Assembly: GCA_002269645.1 (NCBI GenBank)
Contig: NIVC01003252.1
Coordinates: forward strand, 1 to 64,000
Origin: Macrostomum lignano
Lineage: Eukaryota
Length of the DNA stretch: 64,000 nucleotides
Direction of reading: 5' to 3'
Notes under the pieces: model-generated
Seen by the model: the letters and a program-made list of their open reading frames with translations, nothing else
What the model was told of the DNA's origin: nothing
The model's database searches: none
Shown here: piece after piece, positions 52,473 through 64,000 of the stretch
Position numbering within the stretch: the first letter of the stretch is position 1
Layout: every line of letters starts with the position of its first letter
Translations under genes and position numbers: made by a program

Positions 52473-53829
52473 CGAGTCGTCTTAGCTCGTCTGAACGATT
52501 TTGACCCGCTATATATCTTTCGTGGAAAATATACAATCACTAATATCCTCACATTGTAACAATTTTGTGTTAAGACCTCAATGAAAAAGTATTTTTGTTC
52601 TTATTGTTTCTGCTCTAGTTCCTCAACGCTGCGTCCTAGACTAATGTTAGATTGCGCGACAAATGAAGCCGTTTTTAGCAAGGGACGGAGCGACTTTCAC
52701 TAAAGCGGATACTGTGTCCGTGGATCGAATGCTCGAATTCTCGGAACTTAAGCTGCTGCAGTGCTGTCAAGCCTGACTCATAACCGAAGTATAATCTGCA
52801 ACATTGAACAGTTGCCACTCTATGCGCCAGTGAGCATTTTTTCTTGGACTATTCTGAGATAAAAGATACGAGAAAACTGATCAGGTAGCTTTAATCCGCC
52901 CAACCCTCGCACACCGCTCCCCGCACTTCATTCATCAACTCAAGTCTGCCTTGGCGTAGCAAAGTTGCGTCACTCGCAAAGATTGAGCCAAGGGGATACT
53001 TTACAAGTACCTGCACTCTCAAAAGTGGCGACCACAGACGGAATCTTCCGTAATGGCGACTGAGTATAGTTTTTTTGTTATTCCGACTATTGTGCAATCA
53101 AGACAACTGAGTGAAACGTTATGAGAAAACTGTTTTCACTATTTTAAAACAAACAAACATTTATTCCCAATTTTTCAAGGAATTTTCTCAGAAAGATTTT
53201 TTGCCGCAGATTTGTAGAGGTTTAGCAGTCGAAGGCTCTGTTCCTTTGAGTCAATCGAATGATTGCATAGGCTTAAAATAATTATATTTCTTTATTATTG
53301 AAGTTTCCGGAAGGTTCTGCAAAAACGTGTGTCCTTATAACAAAACTTAGTTGTATGTACGTATTGCTTAAATAGTGGCTAAGCGCTACAAGTTCTTGTA
53401 AATTAATAATTTACTATGCATAAAGGGTGTAGGAACAATATTGTGAACTTGATGAAAATTTCAGGAAAAGCGTAGAATGTTTAATAGTACAATAATGGGG
53501 AAATTTCTACTATTCAGTTTGGGAAGGTCACTACAGATTGTCCAACATAAAAATACATGCGAGTTAAAAAAAGTTTAAACTTCAAGAAGGTAATTTATCG
53601 TCAAATTTCTGCGCAATTTTAAGTCTATGTGAGCGCCGTTTGTTGTGATAACAAGATGGGTATTGAATGATGATGATGGAAATGATGGATGATGGATAAT
53701 TGATAATGAAATCAACGTTTTCTTAATTACCAGTATCAACCTGATAAGAAGAACAAAGAACAAAGTGCAGAATGCAAAACTGAAAACTAATTTGCTATTT
53801 CTTTTATTGGTCATGAATCTATCCGTCTT

Positions 53830-54150
53830 ATGAAGAAATTAAACAAAATATTTCCTAGCAAATTTATAAAAAAATATCAGAATTTCATTTACTGTTGAAA
53901 AGGCCTAGAAGTACATCTGCAACCTAAACAGCCCAGTCCCTAAGCCTTTGTGCTTTTAAAAGTTTACGTGTTCTGATGATTGGCACAACTAAACGACATT
54001 TGTACACACGAGGAAAAGAACATAGGCTAAACAACTCACCAATCAATGAATGTCCACTTCATTGCAATGGATGTGCGAACAATTCAATTGACAGTCAGTT
54101 TGGAATAATCGACAAGTGCCAGACAGAAAGCAAACTTCTCACCCGTTGTA
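53830..54150 (+). mobile_element. Decayed Penelope-like GIY-YIG endonuclease remnant
   Basis: IGTTKRHLYTRGKEH...SPI...HC..C...F.IIDKC follows the PLE pattern YIGxTxRxLxxRxxEH; the upstream part is frameshifted. Confidence 0.55.
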
Positions 54151-57100
54151 GAGATCTCCGAAATACAGTAAAAAGCAAACTACTAGAAGTAGCTAGTAAG
54201 ATAAAAATGCGAAAAACCTAAAAATATAAATTCCACGCGGTCACACTATTTTGTAATATCACGAAAACAGCGAATGATTATTCTGCAACATTAAATTTTA
54301 GAACTCCAAATATGGTAAATGATACCCGAAACCTATTTTATTCGCAAAAATTCTATTCAATTTTCAAAGAGTCAACTTCCTAAAAAGTGAACCCGTCACC
54401 TCATCGAAATGACCTGATGCTAGCAAAATTTGCCTACAAATACAATCCAAAATCCGAGCTAAAATCTCAGACTCGCAGCAGCCTCAAAACATCTTGAGCT
54501 TTGCCAGAGCAGCAGAGCGAGGCTACATCTCTGAGGGAAATAGATACTGTTCGGTAAGCCATTGTTCAAGTCTTCGTTATTTTTATTATACCTACCGTCA
54601 CCTACCCTCGCATTTACCTTTCTTTTCATAATAATTAAGCATTTTCAAAACGTACAACTGGTTACCAAGCTCACTTTCCTCAATTTGCTTATATAAATAA
54701 TAACCACTTGTTCAAAATAAATTTATTTTGACTGACGATGATTGTGGACAATCGAAACTAGTCGCAAGTGATCTGTTTTTCGTTGTTTTTCCTTTTCAAC
54801 AAGATGGAAGTCGCTGTGGTACTTAAAAAAGCCCAAAATTTTTTGAAACGTGTGTGTTTAATATTTACCCAGATAATTACTCGTAATTATGGATTTATCC
54901 AGGTTTTCGCCACTCAAAAACTTCAAATGAAGTACGTCACAATCTTTGTTTGTTCAGCTGTGTTTGAAAATTAACTTGACGCAGATAAGACAGGTGTGAG
55001 AATTTAAACTATTTGAACATATTTATCGAAATGTGCAAATATGCTAGATGCATATCTGAAATCGATTTTGCGACTGTCAAGTGCAACCGACCGTTAAAAC
55101 AAAATCGAAAAGTGTTGACAGCTCCGGATTTTCCGCAAGCAAAAATGGCAAAAAGCTGTAACCCAGATTTTCTCAAGTGCTTAAAATCTATCCTGATGTG
55201 CTACCTCGAGGATTCTGGATCAGGTGATGGGGAATCGTTCATATCTGATTGCGTACAGGTTGCCCGTTGATAGGGGCACTGGATACATACTACATCACAT
55301 GCTTTATGCATTCGAGATGCAAATTTCCACGGATGTGATTGCCAAGCCGCTCTGAAAGTGTGCGCTGCCTGTTCAAGAGTATGTTCAAGAATTAAGTCGG
55401 GCCTTGCAGCCAGGCAGAAGCTAATCAGCTACGAGAGACGCCAGCGCTGAAGCAGGATGAAGCTGCGAAGTTTCAAATAAGCTGGATCGGCCCGGTGAAA
55501 GTGATCGAGAGGTGATCGAAGGGGCTTTTCAATGTAGAAAACCTATCAAAACGAAATAAATATCACAGTTTGTGCACTTTAACAACTTCTGTAAGTTCGC
55601 CGACGCAGCTCGACCTGCTACATCAGAGCCACCCGACGGTGTGTCACCATTGAACGAGCATAATGGGGGGGCACGGATTCTGAGAATGAGAGCGGGACTC
55701 TCAGTGACCGGCGCCACCCGAGAATCAAAGAGATAGCCGACCCCTCGGAAGATCACACTGAGCCCATGTGGACGCCTCACTGTCATGGCCAGCCTGTTTT
55801 ATTTTCATCGTGGGCACAGTCATCATAAAGCCTGTTAGAGTCTCATCATCTTTTTGCACGGAAATCACATACTAGTACGATCCTCACTGAAGTAGTAATC
55901 ATTGATGCATCATTAAGTTACTTTCATCGCATCATCAAGAAGTTTTCAACAGAACTCAAAGTTAATCACTTGATAGTTCTAGCTTTTGTCTTAATCAAAA
56001 CAATATGCCGATGGAGGGTATTCGGACTGGCATCGGTTGACGCCTCCAGAAGTAGTGAGGCGGAAACCATGGGAGATCAATGTGCCAGCAGTCATCGTCT
56101 CATATTGCGCGTCGTAAGCAATCTGAAAGAAAGAGAGCCTGTTATTAACGGCAGCTACACGTCAACTGCGCTATCGGTTGATAAAGCATATTTTAGCAGG
56201 ACAGCCGGACGGAACTGTGTCAGTGCTCAAAGCAATGAGATGGCTACGCCGCCCAGGCAGGCTGCTCGAGGTCCTCGTATTCTTTCGTGTTGTTACTGGT
56301 ATTGTTTTTTTTCCTACGCTAGTGAGGGTCAAGCTTCCTGAGGAAATGGCTCAGCAGCTGCGCGGCGTGCCGGTGCCAATGGCCACCTGCGCATCCTGCC
56401 AGCTTTAGCCGGTATGGCTGGCCGCTTGGCTTTAATCGTGTCCCTCCCCAGCCGTGCGCCCTGCCCCGTGATCTGTGCTGATTGGCTGCGGTCAGGCTGA
56501 CTGTGGCGCAGGTGCTGGACACGGCTATGGGCGGGGTTGTGATTGGCTGGCGGCCCTTTGCGCGGTTTTGCGGGCTTAGCCGGTGGTGCTGTCGGCCCCC
56601 ACCCCTAGGTCTGGGTCTTTATTTTTATTGTTACTTTGCGCATTTTTTCTCTCACCTCTGGTTAATAAATTCAGCTAATTATCTAGGAGTTTGCAAAGGC
56701 CCAAAAGAAACCCCCAACAGAACGAGTGAAACTCCAATATTAGTAAAAAATAATGCAGTACCGATTGAGTTGCCTGGATCCGCAAGAGCTTACTAGTCTA
56801 ACACTGTTATCGTAGCGTCGTGTGCGAGAGTTCTTTACTCAGCTTCTGGTAAGCAGTTTGCTTCAAGTCATTCTTTCCGCTAAGCTGGTGAGACTAAGGG
56901 GCCAACAGTTTCTTTTTTGCCAGGAGAGCGGAGCAGTCAGTTAAGGGTAAACTGGCGGACCACGTACGCATATTCAATACTGTACTATACATGTATTTTT
57001 GCGGTAGTCCGTGAATACGCACAAACAAGTGTCGCAACTCCTCCGGTAGCAACTCGAGTTCTGAGCGTCATCACACCAGAACAAGCTTTTTGCGTTCACA

Positions 57101-58314
57101 GAGAGTCATTTCGCCTGTCTGTATTCCTATCAGTAATATGTAGAGCGTCACTACGCCTGTTTTTACTTATTCATTGCACTTGGGTTGAGCGCCCGAACCG
57201 AACCGACTCCAGTTACATACTACAATATAGTGTTGAAAGTTACAGATTCCTTCATGCAAATTCTCCAAAAGGCTGTTATGGATATCATCAAGTTGCCTCT
57301 TTTCCTGAGGCTCTTAACATATGTAGGAGGAGGGTACAACTGAACTGAACTGAATATTAAACTTTATTAGAGTTAGCTCGTAATACAATGCGTATATGTA
57401 AAAGAGATTTTTGAATCGGGAGCTCGTGATATGCAATTTACGAGCGTATTTTTTAGAGCATGGAGACTGCTATGTGAATCAGCATTCAGAAATTATAAAT
57501 AATTTGTGACTCGCGCTACCGCAGAAAATATTTCAGTTTTCTTTGAGACAGAATATAAAATACGTTCCGCAACAGTATCCTCAAATCTTGTCGAATTACG
57601 GATTCAAGGAGCTGAGGAAAGCATTTTAGATGACTAAACAAATACCAGTAGTGGGCAGCATAGCAGACCGTCTCGAATTCGAGATGGAGAAGTTGATATT
57701 GATCCACCAAAGCACGACACTTACTTGCTGTCCATCATTCTTAGTACAATGCAAGGAGTGTTCGATACTCTCACCAAAACGCAGTGAACTCACAAACAAA
57801 GGAGTCCCTCCGGAGCGGCTCGTTCGTCGCTGGTGAGGGGATGTGGCATCACAAGAGTGCATTGCTGATATGGCCATGTGATGAGCAGTCCGTCGATGGG
57901 ATTTTCCAATTAAGACAGTTTCATTTCTTGCGCCTCAAAACTAAATAGAAATACACAGACTTGAGCACGACTCTGGGCATCGATGCCAATTTAGTTTTTA
58001 CGCCATGGGCCCCAGAGTGTTAAGCCTCCCGGCACGACACAAACCGCCAGCGTCAGGTAGAGCCTCAGACTGCAGGACATCAGAAAAAAAGGCAGCCAAA
58101 GCAAGACCGCGGCAACACTGCAGATCCTCACAGCCTGTCGGCATCAGTCGACACGCATACCCACTACACTGAACTCTTATTAGTGCACTGGCTCTTATCC
58201 AACCAGATCGTTTCTAGAAAGCCGGTATAAAAGCAAACAAAGACAGCTTTAATCATCGCTTCCTACACTCGTATGAGCAGCAGCAGAATTGAAATCCCAT
58301 CTGCTCAAGTAACT

Positions 58315-59033
58315 ATGCTGAGGACCATCGCCTGCATTGTGGGTCTCGCCGTCCCGGTGCTTTGTGTTGCCGGTAGAGTAACTCAGATGTCCTACATTGG
58401 CTGCTATGTGGACAACGAAGGCCGAGACCTGAGAGGACTCTCTTCAGTGAGCAAAATCGGACAGTTGAGCATCGATAAGAGTACTTTCTCACTGAAAAGC
58501 GAGAGTATGACGCACGAGCTCTGCACCAGCGTCTGCTCTTTGGGCGTCTTCCCGTACTTCGGTATTCAGGTCGGTAAGGAGTGCTTCTGTGGCACCTCCT
58601 ACGGATCTCTGGGAGCTGCTAGCGAGACCGACTGCAACCGCGTTTGCACTGGGAACGGAGCTTCTAAATGCGGAGGCCCGTGGCGCAATTCCGTATTTGC
58701 TTTGACCTATCCGAGTAAGTTTTTATTACAACGATTTTATTAGAGTTTTCAAATGTGATTTCGGCACATTTTGTAAAAGTTTGTGTAATTCTTTTAGAGA
58801 AACAGTACTTTGAGCAGTCGCAGAGGCCCAACCAGACAGTGGAGTCCATACACAGCACCTACTGGACCAGCGCTGCCCGAACCGACATCGAGTGCATGTT
58901 GCTGTGCGAGGCCTCAGCTGACTGCCAGGCTGTGATTTTCTCTGGCCAGCAGCGCCTGTGCCACTTGCTGAGGTTCGCCTACCCGTCTGCAAGCCTGAGC
59001 AGCACCGATGGAGACTTCTTCGTTCGTGGCTGA
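58315..59033 (+). CDS. Secreted WSC + PAN/Apple protein E (intact)
   Basis: TATAAAA at about 58227. Exon 1 58315-58714 (alternative in-frame ATG at 58273; ccg a|gtaagt): MLRTIACIVGLAVPVLCVAG, WSC YIGCYVD...MTHELCTSVC...PYFGIQVGKECFC...DCNRVCTGNGASKCGGPWRNSVF. Exon 2 58798-59033: CMLLCEASADCQAVIF...LCHLLRF. Confidence 0.9.
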
Positions 59034-60823
59034 CTGACTTTCGATCCTGTCAGCCTTTTTGATCTGATGTGAAATAGAAAACAAAACCTCTTGCTAATTT
59101 TTCAGATAAAAGTGAAGCAAATTGCGTTCAGAGATTGGATTTTGAAAGAAATTTATTGTACTATTCTAGAAGCTCTACATAGACTGTTCTGTCCTTCTTC
59201 AACGAATGTTACGTGTGATCACTAGAGTCTTAAACAGCTTTATTCTAGTGTACTCTAAATTTTACAGCAAACTACCATATAAGTAAGCGTCAGTAATAAA
59301 AAAAGGCCAAAGCGTTTAATTTTCGTTAAATTCAAGTTTTTCTCAACGGCCAAAATAAGGTTGACAAATTGCTTTATAATAAATGTACGCTTCTTGATTG
59401 AGGCCATGTTTAGTAACAAAAACTCATTTTTAGTATATAGGATGTTCTGATTGTAATTATTTAAGCCTACTACGAGCATATGTTTTTTCGTCATTTAAAT
59501 TTTTGCCCTACCATCAGCAGTCTGACGTGACAGATTAATAGAGATTTTACACATACAAGCCTTAGAAAACCATGGAAATTAGAAATCAAAGTGGCTTTAA
59601 CTGCGAACCAATGATTCGTTGGCCTTTACAGCTGGAAGGCATGGCTAAAATAAAGAATGGCGCAGAGAGAACCATGTGCTAAAATCAGCCGGCATGGTAA
59701 ACAAAGATGATCGAGGAATGCATACGTAACTGGTTTGGAGTTTGATGATCGTGAAACATTACAAATTAATAGCAAAATAACTTAATTTCATGGTGTTTTC
59801 AGTTCTTTAGTTCTTTTGCGCAATTTCAAGTTTCTGTGAGCGCTACGTGAAAACAAGATGGAAGTCGCTGTGGTAGAGTAAAGCCTCAAATCTGTAACGC
59901 GTGTGCGTGATATTTACCCAGAGACAAACTGGTACATATTGCACAGTGTCAGTGCATCAGTGAAATTCAATATTTACAATATTTAAGCTATTTCTCTCGG
60001 TCTTTAACTCGTCAAGTTACTTTGGCTATTCTACAAATATATCGCAAGCATTCACATTCGTTATTAAGCAACAATCAGCTCCTGACTTTCGCGTCACGTC
60101 AAGTCCTACTTATCATGCCGCTGGCCAGACTACTGAAGTGCTTACTACTTATTTGGCGCCACAGGCACTCATTTCGACCCCAGGAGCAAAATTCTGGATT
60201 TCCATTAAGCTGTATAAGCTTAAGAGTTTTTTCGGTCAATCATGCGTTGGCAGGTCTCCCACAGCTTCTACTGGGGCGGGACATGCCCCCTGTGTCTTCT
60301 GGCGATGGCCCGATCTAAATACTTCAGCACTATTCTACCAATATACTTACTCTTGAAAATTAAGTGACCTTTCATTAGAATTGCTTTTTAGCGAATCGTA
60401 CCTCTTACTACCTCTTACTCACCCGAGAAGTCTGCATGCGAGCTAGAGTGGGATACAAACATCTGGCTTTTAGGCCACTCAAATAAAAATTTGCTGCTGC
60501 GAGATATTTTAATCAGTCTTCCATTAGCAGATGTGTCTAGATAAGTTGATCAGCAGTATTTGTTTTTCATTGTTTAGCAATTTGACGATCATTATTCACA
60601 TTTTTAATGCAGAACAATATATACCTTTTAACAATCTTTGGACATAATTGTGAAGTTAATTTAGTCATTAGCCAGCTCAGTCCTAGAAAAGTGAGTTTGA
60701 TTTAGTCAGCAGTCGGGGTTTACCATAGACTATGGTAAAGAAATGAAATTGATTTAGTCAAGGTTCTCTAAATCCGTCTTTCGTAACTTTTATTAACTCA
60801 AAGTGAATTTTTTTAGTCGTTAT

Positions 60824-61016
60824 GGGCCGTATGCAGAAAGCTCTGTCTAGGGTAGTCCGGTCTTGAAAAGCTAGTCTGGACTTGGATTTGGTATGCAGAA
60901 ACACAAAGTTAGACCAGTCTACTATAGCAGAACTATGCTAGCTGGACCATAGACTATAGACTGAACTACACAAGTCCGGACTAGCTAGTCTGGACTAGGC
61001 TTTCTGCATACGGCCC
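60824..61016. mobile_element. PIF/Harbinger-type MITE, 193 bp
   Basis: TIRs GGGCCGTATGCAGAAAGC / GCTTTCTGCATACGGCCC with a 3-bp TSD TAT. Confidence 0.8.
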
Positions 61017-61535
61017 TATATCTTTGAGAATAACACAAACGAACACAACACAACACAAGACACAACAAATTATTGTTACGACGCTTCACTTTTCAACTCA
61101 ATCAACGATGTCTTCGATGTCTTTCGTGGCAATGCAGCGGGGTATGTACCGAAGGCTCTCACGATGCCAGGCTTCGCAGTGAGGCAGCTGCTATACTGAC
61201 CTCCAGTTCACGCTCAAGAAACAGAGAATAAAGTGATAAAGGCTTGAACTCTTGCTCTACCTCCATGGCTGGTGGATTCCAATGGGCACGAGCATTGTCA
61301 AACAGAAGGCAGAACGGCTCATCAACAATGCAGACAGTTCAGCCATGAACTCTGCAACCAAACTATGCAAGCCATGAACGCTGCCACCATGATGACTAAG
61401 TAAAATTCACTTTGACTAAAATCAAGTCATGGAAGGGTTTAACATCTTCAAATCCGATGGTCAGCGTGGCTGACCATGCATCACTTTAGCTAAAATCCAA
61501 CTCTTTATGGCCATAGACTCAACTTTTGTCTTCAC

Positions 61536-63865
61536 TTAACAGCATATCGCGAAAACCCATATGGTCAGCTTGGCTGACCATGGCTGCAAGTAGTCTATAT
61601 GAAGTATAATAACGACAAAACATGCATTCAAGCATGTCAAAAACTCAAAAATATCGTCAAAAATATCAAAAACATGAAAATTTATTTCACAAAAAACATG
61701 AATTACTAAAATGTAGCATTGCTTTGAGTTCTTTTTTAATAAATTTTGCAAAAGATCCAGTAAATGTAGCTTTACTTCTGTTGCTATTACACTACCTAAC
61801 TTTTATGCAATGTGAGGCAAGACAATAACAGGTAGTCAGCAGGAGTAAAACGAACAACTCTCCTCTCAGCCTACGAGTGCCAGGCTCGAAAGCAGTCAGG
61901 GATGCACAAGCCGGGCTGACCCGGGCACTGCTGACAGACGAAGACGGTACGTTTGGTGATGCCATTGCGATAGCAGACTCTGCAGCGACGTGCAGGTCGC
62001 TGGTTACCAGGTGTGGCAGGCAGCTTACTGGGCAAGTGAACAGCATCGGCAACAGGACGCGATGGGTAGACGCACCGTCTTTTTCCAGGCCCTGAGCTGT
62101 CTATCAGGGCAACGATCAGTTGTTCCATGAACTTCAGAAAAGTCAGTGAGCCGCCGGAGTGCCGGAAAAAAATCCAGGCATTGTGCGACAGCTGCAATAG
62201 GAAATGAATTCCGAGCTTCTGGTGCCAGCGGTACATCTTTCTGCTTGGGTGGTAGGGCTGCAGCGCAGAGTCAAGGCGGTCGACACCACCCATGGACTTT
62301 GAGTAGTCCGTCACAGTCACCGGCTTTCGAACAACCTCCATTTGTCCACCTCGTCTGTACCGTTGTCGCGCAGTGCTCTGGGCCGTACCGAAGGTGTCAA
62401 GCAGGTAGACTGTCTTAATACCGCTTGCTTTTCTGTCTGTCAGCTTCACTGCCAAAACATCACCGCTTCGCATGTAGCAGTGGGATGGAGGCACTGCTGG
62501 CATCTGCCGGAGCTCGACTGGAATGCCGCGGTCACAGCGAACGGTACCTGTTAGTAAGGTACTGTGAGCTAGTAGAAACTCGGCCAGTCGTCGGGAGGAG
62601 AAATAACTGTCAACAAACACCCTGTAGCCCAGATTTAGCAGGTCCTTCGACAGCTCCACCACTATTCGCTCGCTGATGGACAGATTGTAGTCGACGAATT
62701 CGCTGCCAAACTTGCTGTTTTCCTCAGCTGTCGAATGAACGAGGACGTTCCATAAGTAACCGGTCTTAGAGTCACAAAGACAATAGGTCTTAATTCCATA
62801 TCTAGCCCGCTTGCTGGGAATATACTGTTTGAACGCTAGTCGTCCTTTGTGCTGAACAAGCTCCTCGTCAACAGCGATGTCCCTGTCAGGCTGAAAATTC
62901 TGCTGACAAACTTCCTTTACTGAGTTCAAGAACGGGCGGATTTTGCGAAGCGGATCGTCATTGTCACCAACGCGACAGTCGTAGAACCTCAGAAAAGATA
63001 AGATTTGTTGGAACCGGTTTCGAGACAGGCAGTTTTCACTCAGGAACAACTGGTTGTCATAAAACTTTCCAGTGGCCCAGTAGTTTTTTATCTCTGGCTT
63101 GCGCACGATTCCCATGTAAAATATTATTGCGATGGTCTTTCTTATCTCATCATCTGCACAGTCTCTCCAATCGGTCAATCTCGGTGGCAGCTGCTGGTCA
63201 TCCTCTTCGTTCTCAAAGATTCGCAGCTCCTCCCATGCGCGAGCATTGGTGAATTCTTTCAAATGACTAATAATGTCCTTCGTGAATAAGTTGAAAAAGA
63301 GTAACGGCTCATTTGCTGGTGCTTGAACACCAGGATTCATACCGTGGACTCCGAGAAACTCGGGAAGCTGCCCAGCTCTGTCATCTTCTCCGTCGCTGAC
63401 AATTGTCCATTCGTTTTCCTCATCCTCCATCTCCAAGGTTGGCTCCTCAATTACTTCAATAACTGAGTCCTGATCTGACTCAGTCGATGAGCTGTTGGAC
63501 TCGTCGCTTGTAAGAAGTTGATGAAGACTCATTATTACTTATCCGTCGAAATAGCAAATTATATGACAATTCTTCTTAAAATGAAGAGGTAAACAATCTA
63601 GATTGAATGCAAAGGAGAAAAATCTTACTAGGGATAGTGATACAGTACGAGGAAGGAAGGGCAGAAGCAGTCAACAGTGATAGGTTCTATGGCTGAAACC
63701 CCAAAGCAGGTCACAGAGTGTTCCAAGCACACTCTCTCAAGTAACGGGTTTTGGCGATGTTAAAGCAGCACTATAATTTTACATAGCAGTAGTCTATGGT
63801 CAGCCCTGCTGACCATACGGGTTTTCGCTTAATGTAGAGAAAATGCGCGGTATGGAACTGGTTAA
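61536..63865 (-). mobile_element. piggyBac DNA transposon (about 2.3 kb; exact termini ambiguous)
   Basis: TTAA at 61536-61539 followed by CAGCATATCGCGAAAACCCATATGGTCAGC; matching inverted sequence GCTGACCATACGGGTTTTCGC at 63808-63828, with TTAA at 63829 and 63862. Confidence 0.7.
61871..63532 (-). CDS. piggyBac transposase (553 aa, uninterrupted)
   Basis: Acidic N-terminus; catalytic motifs IAVDEEL, FVDSYF and MGGVDRLD; QYIPSKRARYGIK; C-terminal cysteine-rich domain CRVC...CQQC...LC...CF..WH. Confidence 0.95.
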   Translation of the reverse strand: MSLHQLLTSDESNSSSTESDQDSVIEVIEEPTLEMEDEENEWTIVSDGEDDRAGQLPEFLGVHGMNPGVQAPANEPLLFFNLFTKDIISHLKEFTNARAWEELRIFENEEDDQQLPPRLTDWRDCADDEIRKTIAIIFYMGIVRKPEIKNYWATGKFYDNQLFLSENCLSRNRFQQILSFLRFYDCRVGDNDDPLRKIRPFLNSVKEVCQQNFQPDRDIAVDEELVQHKGRLAFKQYIPSKRARYGIKTYCLCDSKTGYLWNVLVHSTAEENSKFGSEFVDYNLSISERIVVELSKDLLNLGYRVFVDSYFSSRRLAEFLLAHSTLLTGTVRCDRGIPVELRQMPAVPPSHCYMRSGDVLAVKLTDRKASGIKTVYLLDTFGTAQSTARQRYRRGGQMEVVRKPVTVTDYSKSMGGVDRLDSALQPYHPSRKMYRWHQKLGIHFLLQLSHNAWIFFRHSGGSLTFLKFMEQLIVALIDSSGPGKRRCVYPSRPVADAVHLPSKLPATPGNQRPARRCRVCYRNGITKRTVFVCQQCPGQPGLCIPDCFRAWHS

Positions 63866-64000
63866 ATACGTGGCACTTGACTAAATCGATTTCATTTTTT
63901 AACTATAGTCTATGGTAAACCCCGACTGCTGACTAAATCAAACTCACTTTTCTAGGACTGAGCTGACTAATGACTAAAGTAACTTCACTTATGTCCAAAA

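Larger units (their letters stand above)
60630..64000. mobile_element. Outer element with long inverted repeats (at least 130 bp; right arm runs off the window) and a decayed Tc1/IS630-like transposase fragment
   Basis: 60630-60770 (TTTGGACATAA...AGTCAGCAGTCGGGGTTTACCATAGACTAT...GATTTAGTCAAG) is the reverse complement of about 63876-64000. The minus strand of about 61150-61400 gives EFMAELSALL...LLFDNARAH...LSLYSLFLE, a DDE_3-like motif set. Confidence 0.55.

Noticed and set aside
56340-56600. GC-rich block with CCAAT/ATTGG and GGGCGG boxes (promoter-like)
   Set aside because: No adjacent gene start could be tied to it; it may be TE-derived.
62146-63289. Plus-strand ORFs overlapping the piggyBac gene
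   Set aside because: Antisense shadows with no motifs.

Overview
Eukaryotic (invertebrate) genomic DNA with GT-AG introns and abundant microsatellites; there are no prokaryotic features and no CRISPR array. The EF-hand genes resemble flatworm 16-kDa Ca-binding proteins, so a free-living flatworm such as Macrostomum is my guess (inference only). Contents: (1) three tandem 4-EF-hand genes (0.9-6.1 kb) around a tRNA-Arg(TCT); (2) one or two long multi-exon minus-strand genes of unknown function (9-29 kb); (3) five paralogous two-exon genes for small secreted signal peptide-WSC-PAN/Apple proteins (23-59 kb); (4) an intron-split 53-aa secreted cystine-knot (conotoxin-framework) peptide gene at 34.9 kb that the ORF track misses, plus two decayed copies; (5) mobile DNA: an intact piggyBac transposase apparently nested in a decayed Tc1/IS630-like element, a 5'-truncated RT-RNase H LINE with a 13-bp TSD, a tRNA-derived CORE-like SINE family, several MITEs and a Penelope-like remnant; (6) many micro- and minisatellites. 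The most interesting signal is the secreted WSC-PAN array interleaved with the knottin. Several frameshifts fall at short homopolymers and may be assembly errors. All gene models were built by eye, and repeat boundaries are approximate.
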